NCBI GenBank assembly: GCA_051453625.1
Contig: JBOZIK010000001.1
Coordinates: forward strand, 32,075,615-32,112,146
Source of the DNA: Welwitschia mirabilis
Taxonomy: Eukaryota
DNA length: 36,532 nucleotides
Direction: 5' to 3'
The notes beneath the pieces are model-generated. The model was not told the DNA's origin and made no database searches. It saw only the letters and a program-made list of their open reading frames with translations. The translations under genes and the position numbers were made by a program. Positions 24,660 to 35,676 of this stretch are shown here, one piece after another; within the stretch, counting starts at the first letter, position 1, and each line of letters opens with the position of its first letter.

Positions 24660-26683
24660 ATAACTGAATGATCAAATGAAGATCTATTCTATAAATATTA
24701 TCTATTCATTTTGCAGTAAGGATTGAAACATTTATTTTCTCATCTACAACATTGCATTTCAATTTTTCAAAGATTACTTTGTGGCTTTTGTTATATAATT
24801 AACTAATTCTTAATAAGTTATGTTTTAATCCATTTACATAAAGCACATCATTAAGTTTAGACAACTTATCTCCTTTGATTCATCCTATACCTTCTATCTT
24901 TTCCTTTTTGTTGTTTCCAAAAATGACATCTTCTTCATTTGTACTCCTCAGGTACTAAAACATTGATTTTTCTCTAACATCTGCCTTAAGAATCTACTAT
25001 CTAGATACCAACTATTTGTACTTATACTCGGTCCTCTAAGAGCTATCTATATTAGAAAACTTTGAATATTGTTAAGCTCTAACTCACTTACTCTTATTAG
25101 ACTTAAGTGGTACACTTTTCTTAGGAATAAATTTAAAAGGTAAAGTATGTGTAGTTTCTAGAAAAATCATTAATTGTCTAATTTTGCAAAAAAAAAAAAA
25201 ATTAAATGATCAAATTTAACACAAAAATTACATAAAAGTTTAGAACCATACTTACTCTTTCAGTTTATCTATTCTTGAGACTTTTATGAACTAAAGTCAA
25301 TACCTGATCTATCTCTAATAGTTTTTGACACTTCAAGCATCTGTTTCAATTTGGAAGAACTACCAAAGAATTTATTTATAAAAAAGTAAAGTCTTTTACC
25401 TATGAAATTAGGCTACTGTTATCATATTTTAGCACATTATATTTATCTTCTAATTCCTCCTTTTCTTTGGTGATAGTCTTCATTGTTCTATTTAAATTAT
25501 TTATCCTCTTAGCTAGCTTTTCACATTCCTCATAAAACTCTTGACATGTGTCTTTTGACTCATCCTCTTCTTTATAAATCATATCTAAATCATCAGGTAT
25601 TGACATGCTAGNNNNNNNNNNNNNNNNNNNNNNNNNNNNNNNNNNNNNNNNNNNNNNNNNNNNNNNNNNNNNNNNNNNNNNNNNNNNNNNNNNNNNNNNN
25701 NNNNNNNNNNNNNNNNNNNNNNNNNNNNNNNNNNNNNNNNNNNNNNNNNNNNNNNNNNNNNNNNNNNNNNNNNNNNNNNNNNNNNNNNNNNNNNNNNNNN
25801 NNNNNNTGAGTAGCATCGGATCTCTTTACCCTTTTTTAATTATTTTTTTTTTTTATATGACTACTTTTTGCATTTCTACTTAATTCTCCTTATTTTCTAT
25901 TCCTATGAATAAATTTTTTAAATCTTCTGAATTTAAGAGCCACTTCATCATCATCCAAGTCCTCATCTGATCTATTAGATCTATAGTTTTCCTACACACA
26001 TTTTAAGGCAATACCTTTCTTCTTATCCTTAATAAATTTAATCTCATAGGTTTCTAAATTACCTTGAAGCTCTTCTAGTGCCATTGCATTTATGTTCTTG
26101 CTCTTTTTAATAGTTGTGATCTTTGGTTTGAATCTCTTAGGTAGGGATCTCAAGACTTTTCATATCACTTTTCCTTTATTTAAGTGTTCTCCAAGGCTTT
26201 CCATTAAGTTTACGATATTAGAAAGTCTAAAAAAAAATTTCTGCAATGTTTCTTCTTTATTGATATGGATATCTTTAAATTTTAAAATAAGCATCTATAG
26301 TTTAGTTGGTTTTATAGTTGAGGTTCCTTTGTGAGAAAATTTTAGAATATCCCAACTTTCTTAGCATGTTTACAATGTATTATGCACTTAAATTCATCTA
26401 CACAAACTATACAAAATATGGAATTAAGAGCATGGGCATCTATGATGGCCTTTGAATTATCAATGGCAGTCAATTAGTCTCTGGCTTTGGGAACTAGGAT
26501 AGTATTGCTATTTATATTAGTTTGGGTTAATATAGGCATAATGTAACCTTTGTAAATAACCTCATTTATGTTAGTATTTAAGGATTTGAGAAATATTATC
26601 ATCCTAGATTTTTAGTAAGCATAGTTTGAGTCATCAAACATAGGTGGACGACTAGTGAAAAAACCATCAAATGGATTACTCAT
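24660..26683 (-). pseudogene. Sirevirus-like gag plus aspartic protease, copy 2 (no INT/RT/RH)
   Basis: ATG at 26683: MSNPFDGFFTSRPPMFDDSNYAY*KSRM; coiled-coil CQEFYEECEKLAKRINNL; PR WYLDSRFLRQM at ~25010. Confidence 0.9.
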
Positions 26684-26734
26684 TTTAGAGTTCTAATATT
26701 AAGATTGGTTAAAATCTAAAGAAGACTTAACTTA

Positions 26735-26746
26735 GCTTTGATACTA
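26735..26746 (-). promoter_or_regulatory. Primer-binding site (tRNA-iMet), degenerate
   Basis: Minus-strand TAGTATCAAAGC (two G>A changes from TGGTATCAGAGC) next to the LTR. Confidence 0.8.
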
Positions 26747-26748
26747 AA

Positions 26749-28352
26749 TGATAGGATTGAGAACCCTAGAAGTGGAAGGGGTGGGGAGGTTTGGGGGGTG
26801 AACAGGTTCTTAAAAAAGATTCAACACAATATTCTAAATGAATTCAATATTAAATAAAACTTGGATATAATAATAAACTAATCTAAAATGTGCATGATAT
26901 AAGACAATAATGAAAGTAAGGAAATAATGACTAAAAGCACAAAAATACCAATTAGATACAAGTCAGATTTAAAGTGGTTTGAGAAAACCCTTACTCCACT
27001 CTCAGTAATCATCTTATCCCCAAGCTAAATCTCAGATCTTTATTACTCCACCAAGTATTTTAAGTTCACCTGTAACCTTTACAAATAGACTTTTCTAGGC
27101 TTAATCTCAACCTTTGAATGGAATTTTCAAGGTTTAGTCTCAACCTTTGAACATAATTTTCAAGGCTTAGTCTCAACCTTTCACAACACAAAGTAGTGAT
27201 ATAATGATGCCTTTAGAGCATAGATATCACTCATTCTTGATTTAGTAGATTTGATGGAGCTATTTTATTGTAGATGTAAAGTAAATGAAGCTCTTGATCT
27301 GATCTTGAATGTAGAGATAATGCCAATGGTAGATCTTCTTTGGTCAAAAATATAGATGCCAAGATACAACAGTTAAAGTCATAAGTTTACAATGCTTAAT
27401 CTTTCAGATCCAATAGATTCACTTAAATGAAGATGGTTCCAAAAGATTCTTTGGTCATCTATGTCTTAGCTATTTATATTATAAGGTTTTTAGGATTTAT
27501 TACATTTGAAATGTGCTTTTAATAGCTATAAATGGCTAGAAATTGGCCACCTAATAGCTACATAATGAATACATAATGATTAGAAAATTTTACTTCCATT
27601 CTGTCCAGTCGATCCCTCAAAAGTCCGGTCGATTCTATATGGTATTGTGAGTTACATAGGTTACCAGAGTGATAAATTCAGTCATTTCAATTTCTTACAG
27701 CTCTCTATCTGGTTGACCCCATCTGGTCTAGTCGATCCTAGCTTGGTCGCTTACAACATTATTTGATTGTCTGCTTCTCTAAATAAAATCCTTTCCAGTT
27801 TTTAGCATTGAGTCTAGTTGACCCCATAACTATCAGCTCAGACATATTAGCTGCATAGTTCTTAGGTCTAGTACAGTCCATCATAGGTCTGATAAACTAT
27901 TTTTCATTTAGTTTAAGTGTACTATTCCTTAGTTCACAGATTTGGTTAACCCCATCATAAATCTGGTTGATCCCTTTCCATTTAGTTCAGGGATACTATT
28001 TATTAGGTCCTGAAATCCAGTCAACATTATAAAGGTCTAGTGAACCCCTTTGCCATTCATTTCAGGGATACTAGTTCTTGAGGTTATAAGTCTAGTCAAC
28101 CCCATCAAAAATTTGATTAATCCCTTTGGATGCAGTTCATTTTTTATTTGCTTTAAATGCAGTTGACCCCTTGAAACTCCGGTTGACCCCTTAAGAGATT
28201 AAAAGAACTAATAGATTTCTAGGCTCAGAAGTTGATGATTTTAGTTTCATATTTTAACTTGCAACTAATTTAAAATCTTTTACCTAAGATACATAAAATT
28301 TGCTATACAGAAAACATTAGTTTAACATCAATTGGCAAAACATAAACTAACA
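26749..28352 (-). repeat. 5' LTR of the tandem element (most complete copy, ~1.6 kb)
   Basis: TG...CA termini. Minus-strand TATA (TATAAATAGC) at ~27470, C-rich TTCACCCCCC terminal motif, ~33-bp repeats at 27070-27185 and GTCGACCCC-derived motifs. Confidence 0.92.
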
Positions 28353-29867
28353 ATTTTAACTTTTATTAATACATTACTTGGCATAGATGATACCCATATT
28401 TAACAATTCTATAGTAATTCATTTAGAGAAATATTTAGTTTTATAATTTTAGTATATCTCATTTTTGAATGAGAAATGTTTTATTTGGGCACAGTAGAAT
28501 GAATTTTGTTAAGGACATTGTGAGAAAGAATATGATGCATGATAACTCTTTTCATAGTTTGGTATCATTTTACAAAATTCTAATTAGAGGAGGCAGTTAG
28601 AATTATTGCAAACCCATGTAGACCTTCATTTTTTATTACTTACTCTTAGGTTTCTAAATAGATTTGGATTTTATGTTATATATAGATATCATTTCTTTAT
28701 TTCATAAGGGGTAGACTTTAGGTCATTCATGTCTTATCAATCTAATCATTAGTAATGTGGATATCTAGTGTCATAGGTTAACATCATCTATTAAAAGAAA
28801 CCATTAGCAGAATTTAGTGAGAAATGGAAAGCACCTATGATACCCGATAAAGAAAACAAGAAGAAGGAGACCATAAGTGCAGAGATTATTTTTCACTATT
28901 AATCATAGCTCTTCCACCATTAAAAAGGTACTAAAGGTCATTGCAAAAATGGTTGCAATTATTGGAGAAACTTTCNNNNNNNNNNNNNNNNNNNNNNNNN
29001 NNNNNNNNNNNNNNNNNNNNNNNNNNNNNNNNNNNNNNNNNNNNNNNNNNNNNNNNNNNNNNNNNNNNNNNNNNNCTTCCACCATTAAAAAGGTACTAAA
29101 GGTCATTGCAAAAATGGTTGAAATTATTGGAGAAACTTTCTATGATTGAAAAAACATAGATCTACAGCAAGTAAAGAAGAGGCACTAGTAGAGAGTTGGA
29201 AATCCATGAGAACTCCCACATGGTCAAACTTAGAGAAGGGGTCAGATGTAGAGGAAGAAGCAAGACCATCATCTCCATTTGGCATAGGATATGACTCAAG
29301 TAGGGTAATAGATAGTGATTCTTTAGAGGAGTCTTTTAAAGATGAGTCATAGGCTCAAGGGAAGTATTAGAATCTTATAGATACATATGTGTAAGGGGAG
29401 TCATAGGATCTAGATCCTTATCATAAGAAGCTAGCACTGTAGGAAATGGATTATAAGAGCTCAGATGCTACACCTCTTATCTTTTGTCATTCTGATCATA
29501 ATATTTCATTCTGTTATCCTACATAGCCAACATTACACCTATACACTCTTTACCATCATGTAAACCTTTTTCACCTCTAGTTTGTCCACCATTACCACCT
29601 ACCTCATACTTAGAGCCCATTTAGATAGAACCAATATCATCTGTTCAACTTCCACAAACCTTTGTAGAGACCACCACTAGTAGTTTCTTTGGGACCTCTA
29701 TCATTTCTCAAACATATTAGCACATGAAGAGATAGGTCTTTAAGGACTTTAGTAAAACATCATAACATCCCTTCAGGAAGAGGCACATATCACCTCCCAC
29801 CTCATCATCATCATATACACAAACTACCTCCACCACATATGATAGTGACGATGGTGATGAAGAAGAT

Positions 29868-32327
29868 TGTTATTGCATGTAATTTTTTAATCCTTTATGT
29901 CTTACTAAATCTTGTTAATCAAAAATAGATATATTAAAAAATCAAATACTCTAGTATAAATGGAAATGATTCAAATGTCATAAACCCATTGAAGGTATGT
30001 GACAGAAGAAGAAAACTTGATTTTTAAGGAGAATGTATTCAAAATGTGGAAATAATACAAGAAAATAAATATGCAATGCAATGCAAATGTACTCTATGAT
30101 AGATGAACTTCTATCTAATTAATGAACTAATTTGTCATGAAGATTGACTTTATATAACCTAAATCAACCAGGGAGACTATTACTAATTGAGACCAACATA
30201 GGCTCATAATGCAAAATACTTCTAAACTACTATTTTCAACCTTAACGAATGTTACCGTTAAGACCTATATCATTAATGAAACTATTACTGAATCAATAGT
30301 AACATAAATTATAAGGAATATTAAATAACATTAAAAATAAATAGAATTTTGTATTAAGAATCAAACTAGCATCTGGGTTACAAAATAGCCATGCCTCAAT
30401 AGAGGATGCACAGCCCTTTACCAAGGAAACTTCTTTCTATAACTTACAAGATGGATCTCCCACCATTCAATCTCCTATCATAAGAATTTCTAGTGCATCA
30501 AAGATGATAGAAGGATTATAGAGAGGGTTTATTTATACAACACTGATGTATTGGCAAATTGTATGTATTTAATGAAGTGTTATGACCTATTTTATAGGAC
30601 ATTTATATAGGTTTAGATGCAAATTTGAGGATTATGAAGAATTGATGGAAGATCTTAGAAATATGCAATTATTAGCATGGTTAGAGGCATCTAAAGGATA
30701 TAAATAGATACATTATACCTTGAAGGAAGATCACTAATAAAAAAGGCTATATTCTCTTAAGTTGAAAGAACAAAGAAAAGTATCATTCCCCCATCGTCCC
30801 CATGATAAGCAAGATGACAACACTACATAAGCCACATAGGAATGTTAATGTGAACTAGAGCTAATACTATTAAGTCAAATTTTATAAAGAAGTATCATAT
30901 CCATGATTATCCCCATGACATGTAGGATGATAAATGTAATGTTTGAGTCATTGTTCCCTTGGTCATCCTTATGACAAGCAAGATAACACCTGTAACTACT
31001 AGCCAATCCTTATCCATTTCATCTATTTCTTTTTTTGGAATTGAGTGTATTTTGCAATGCATTTTATGTGATAGTTTTACTTCTTAGTCGTATAAATAAG
31101 AGCCATCTTCAACTCTCCTATTCATCTTTATTTGCATTAGACATTCTTGTGATAGAAGATCGAAGGTCTAGAGATCCATCTTGTAAGTTGTAGAAAGATT
31201 TTTCCTTGGTGAAGGGTTGTTCATCCTCCATTGAGGTTCAGCTATTTTGTAATCCAAATGCTAATTCTATTTTAATATAAAACTTTTTATTCATGCATTC
31301 AATTATGTTATATTTCACTTATGATTTAGTTTGTCCTTAATCCGATGATAGTTTCATTAATAATATAGGTCTTAAAGGTATCCTTTGTTAAGGTTGAATA
31401 AAGTAGTTTTAGATTCATTTTACATTACATTTATTTAACTCTCTTAATATCTTAAGCTAGCCTTGGCTAGTGATAGTCTCCTTAGTTGATTTAGGTTATA
31501 TAGGATTGATCTTATTCATACATCGATTTGGTAATTAGAGAGGTGTTCATTTAGATTTAGTCATACTTATATTTCACTACATCTTTAATTTCTTACATCC
31601 TTTTTAAGTTTGAATACATTCCCTCTAAAAATTAATTCTCATTATTCTCTCATAAGTCTTCAACAAGTTACAAAATTTGGGTTACTTCCATTTATACTAA
31701 AGTGTGTATTTTGTGATATAAACATATTTGTAATTATTAGGATTCATTAAGGCAAAAAGGATTATAAAAATATGCACTACAACAAATACAAAAGATGAAA
31801 CCTTCACTCAAAATGCACTAAAAAATGCACTTTAATTCAAAAAAAAATAGATGAAACATGTGAAAGCCAGCTGATTATTTCAGATGTCATCCTGATTGTC
31901 ATGGGAATGATAAAGGGGATGATGGTACATGCATTATGATTTGTCATCATTTATGTCATGATGATAAACAAGGGGATGATACCTTTAGAAAAGAGATCCT
32001 CATTATTTTTAGCTTCACATCATGTCAGCATTTAATTTGGCTTGTGCAGGTTATTTGCCTGCATGTCGTGGGGATGACACTACCGATGATAGTCCTCTTT
32101 ATCATTTTAATTTAAGATAATCTAGCCTCCAATATTATTGATCTTCCTATAAAGTATTAAGCATCAAAATAGGACTACAAATGCCTCTAAACATGCCAAG
32201 AATTATGTGTTTCTGTGATCATCCATCAAATCTTCATAATCCTTAGAATGGCATCTAAACCTATATAAATTTCCTATAAAATAGCTCATAACATCCCATT
32301 AAATACTTATAATTTGATAACACATCA
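29868..32327 (-). repeat. 3' LTR of a minus-strand Athila-like gypsy element, interrupted at 30544-31784
   Basis: Segments 29868-30543 and 31790-32327 together form the reverse complement of LTR 30544-31784. TG/CA termini, with PPT AAGTGGGGAACTA (minus) at 32328-32340. Confidence 0.88.
30544..31784 (+). mobile_element. Solo LTR (Athila-like family), inverted relative to the LTR it interrupts
   Basis: TGATGT...CACTACAACA termini, TSD AACAC (30539-30543) / AATAC (31785-31789), TATAAATA at 31091, and no PBS or PPT adjacent. Confidence 0.88.
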
Positions 32328-33256
32328 TAGTTCCCCACTTAGACTTTGTTAATCCCTGATAAAACCAAGTAAATAACTACAATTGCTAGCTAAATTATCT
32401 TAAAAAAAAATCAATTTGGAAATTATAAAATAGGCTTATAAATAATCTTAAACATATCACATAGTAAAATAACATGTAACGCATCATATTTATGGAGTAA
32501 AAACTAAAAAAACTTATGTCTTATGAAATCTCTAAAATAATCCAAAAATTTTAAAAATGTATCCTAAAATGAGTCTTACCCTCCCCTAAGAAAAATAGTA
32601 TTTCCTGTATTGGCTAATGGAGCAGAGAAATCATATAAAAATAAATATGTCTAAACAAGAAAACAGATGATGGGTGTTATTGAATTCTGACATTTGAGAA
32701 ATTAAGTGGAAAGTTGAGTGCAAAAATGTTATGTTTGAAAAATAAAGATGTTAAGATCCTAAAATGATAAGAAAATAGGGAAACAACTTTGAAGTAACTA
32801 ACTAAACAACAAAAGAAAATTAAAAAAATGAACATAAGGAACATAAAGAAGATAGCTTACCTACTCTAAATTTTAATCTAGTAAACTCCTATGGAAGAAA
32901 TCATAACATCACTTGATTTAGAAATGTACATAAAATGTATAAATATGTAAAATTCCATTTGATAGGGTAGTGATTATGACAATGCTAAAAATCAAATGCT
33001 TAAACAATAAGTGATAAGATCAAGTAGTTTCTTAAAACTGGACTTCTTGCTTATATCTTAAAAAAAAGACCTAAATCATTAAAATAAAATGATCATGTAA
33101 AATTATTAAGAATATAAAAAACAAGGAATGCCTTTGATAATACTAGGAATACCACTGATCCCGTAGTTAAAAAGTTTTTATTATTTTATTATCTATGATA
33201 AGGGAAGTGTAACCATAGTTAGATAAGAAAAGACCTATAAAACATGGCTAACTAAT
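32328..33256 (-). mobile_element. 3' non-coding internal region of the minus-strand Athila-like element
   Basis: Begins with the PPT adjoining the LTR. A-rich on the plus strand with no recognisable ORF, and truncated by the element at 33257. Confidence 0.6.
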
Positions 33257-34424
33257 TGTTGTGACACCAACTTATGTGTATTTGATAGGGTATTCTAAGT
33301 TGTTTTGCAAATAAACTAACAAATAATTACTTAGTTTTTATGATAATCGAGAATCAAGGAGCACAAGATGAAAACATGAAAATATCAGATAAAATACAAG
33401 TATTTCATGCAGATACGGATAAATATTATTTTGGATCATAATTCTTGTAGATGATAAAGCAATTCCACTTATAAAAGATTAAGAAAATACTGTCATCCCC
33501 TTAGTCATTCACACGATAGTCAAGACGACAATTTCAACTAAGTAAATAATAAAGTTCACATTTAAATAACTTCCAGACAAACTGAGATCTATCTATAGAC
33601 ATCATCGTCCATCTCATTGTCCGAACATCACAGGCAGATGACATCTAGAGAACTAGTCGATAGCACTTCACATATAATTAGACAAGGAGTTAAATTGAAG
33701 CAAACCATAACAACCAAGATGACACAGTTTTCTCTTAGTTTTACCAAATTTTTTCCTGAGTTATCACCTCTTTATTATGACTTTTCCTTGCATGTTAGCT
33801 AGAGTTTTTCTTATGCTTTTCTATCAGTTCCATTTCCCTTTCTGTCTATAAATAAAGGTTTTCCCCTCAATCCCTATATATCTTTGATAGTACCTAACAT
33901 TCTTGTGACAGGAAATCTTGGGACTAGAGAATCATCTTGTAATCCAGAGAGATATTACCTTGGTGTTGGATGCCATATCCTCCATCGAGGAATGACTACT
34001 TTGTGATACAGAGGTCTTTTATGTTTTTTAATATGAATTATTCTTTTTGTTAATAATTGCAGGAACTTATCCCTTATAGTTTATGTTGTTTAATATTCAT
34101 AATAGGTTTCTTTTATTATATAGATTATGAGGGTAGCCTTTGTCAAGATTAAGCTTGATTAGATTAGATGCATCATTATTTCTTTTTATAAATTAGTTTT
34201 GCATTGCTATTTCAATTTCATGCATTATAATTTATTTCAGTAGATTAGGGTTACATACTTTTTTTTTGAAATTAACTCTTTATTATCCATAGTATTGGCT
34301 TTCGATGAATTACGACATTCGAATCACTTTCGACTATACTAGCGTGCTATATTTATGCATTTTATTTGTAATTAATAGGATTTAAATCAAGGCATGAAAC
34401 ACTGCATAAATTCGCACTGCAATA
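33257..34424 (+). repeat. 5' LTR of a plus-strand Athila-like gypsy element
   Basis: Starts TGTTGTG, ends GCACTGCAATA before the PBS, TATA at ~33846. Homologous to 35677-36532 and more distantly to 30544-31784 (ACATTCTTGTGA.AG.A.ATC..CATCTTGTAA..CCTTGGTG..ATCCTCCAT.GAGG). Confidence 0.88.
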
Positions 34425-34427
34425 AAT

Positions 34428-34445
34428 TGGTGTCGTTGCAAGGGA
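34428..34445 (+). promoter_or_regulatory. Primer-binding site (tRNA-Asp type, as in Athila), degenerate
   Basis: TGGTGTCGTTGCAAGGGA versus consensus TGGCGCCGTTGCCGGGGA. Confidence 0.8.
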
Positions 34446-34959
34446 AGGCTATTTAAAAATCAAGAGTTGTTATTTCTCTAGTGAATATTTCAAATATTTG
34501 TTGTAGTGTCAGTGTACCATTACTCTGTAAGTATTTTATTTCAATTTTAACTTTTTACTAACCACTGACATCCTTTTTGTTATCCAGACGTCATAGTCGG
34601 ATGACCATTCCCTTTTCTGCTTTTTCTCGTTCTATGGTTGTTTATGTTTTTTGTCTCTATCATCTAGGTTATCGTCCGGATGACATATAGGATGATACCT
34701 TTTAAGAACCAAAACTAAATGGTAAAAATAGGGAAAGGTGAAAAATACCAGAAAGAAAGACAGTTCATTACAAAAAACATCAAAGAAGGTTTGCTAAATT
34801 TTGAAATTGAAAATCAAAATAGCCTAGGTATGTAAACTTTAAAATTTCTTAAAATTTCTGATTTTAATTCTGTAAAAGAGTTTGATTTTAATTTTGAAAA
34901 ATCTAATACCATGTTAACCTCTCATAAAAAATAACCTATCTCTTTAAATCCACCTCTTG

Positions 34960-35576
34960 TTATTGGAACTATTACTCCTACTCCTCATGCAACTCTGAGA
35001 GATCTTATAGCAAATAAAAGACTTGAAATTTAAAACCCTTTTAACTTACCTCTTGGCAATGATGTAGAACTTAAAAAATTAAATTCTTATTATACATTTA
35101 GTGAAGAACCTGATGAGGATCCTCTACAACACATCACCGACATTACATAACATATCCTTAAATCTGGAAATGGTAAAAGGCAAATAAATGATAAAACTTA
35201 TATGGTTATCTTTCTCATGTCCTTGAGAGATAAAGCAAAAATTTGTTTTAGAACGATATCCCATACGAGCCTAAAATCGTGGAGTGAAGTTCAAGAAATC
35301 TTTATCAAAAGATTTATCAATAAAACCACCATTCGGAAATGTAAGAAAAAAGTTACAAACTTTCAACAACTGCCTAATGAAGACTATGCCTCTGCTTATG
35401 AGAGATTCTTTATGGCTTTACACTCAAACCCAGTAGACGCCTTTTCTAAGGTAAAATTAATAGACTATTTATATAGTGGGTTAAATAGTTATACTAAGAA
35501 ACTTATAGATTTCTCTTATGGAGGCAACCTCTTAAATCAAACTTTAGAAGATGCTTGGAAGATATTAGAAGATTTA
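34960..35576 (+). pseudogene. Gypsy gag (Retrotrans_gag domain), truncated by an N gap
   Basis: TLRD..FSEEPDEDPLQHI..FLMSLRDKAKICF..SWSEVQEIFIKRF..FQQLPNEDYASAYERF..YSGL..IDFSYGGNLLNQTLEDAWKILEDL. Confidence 0.88.
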
Positions 35577-35676
35577 NNNNNNNNNNNNNNNNNNNNNNNN
35601 NNNNNNNNNNNNNNNNNNNNNNNNNNNNNNNNNNNNNNNNNNNNNNNNNNNNNNNNNNNNNNNNNNNNNNNNNNNN

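Larger units (their letters stand above)
14879..28352 (-). mobile_element. Tandem three-LTR Sirevirus-like copia element (LTR-internal-LTR-internal-LTR), non-autonomous
   Basis: Three homologous LTRs (plus-strand TGATAGGA...AA(C/T)ATAA..(C/T)AA(C/T)A), two PBSs, two multi-PPT regions, and one TSD ATTTT at 14874-14878 and 28353-28357. Confidence 0.92.
14558..29867 (+). pseudogene. Extra ('ENV-like' / putative plant transposon protein) ORF of the host element, split into 14558-14878 and 28358-~29867
   Basis: MARRKEKR..VVKKFYANI..IRSANLYII joins in frame across the insert to LTFINTLLGI (compare LVREFYAN..VRG..IN..LG). Pro/Ser/Thr-rich C-terminal part ending in acidic DSDDGDEED at the 29868 insertion. 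Confidence 0.7.

Noticed and set aside
28911..29140. 65-bp direct repeat around the 28976-29075 gap
   Set aside because: Near-identical flanks (one mismatch) of a 100-N gap, typical of an unmerged contig overlap.
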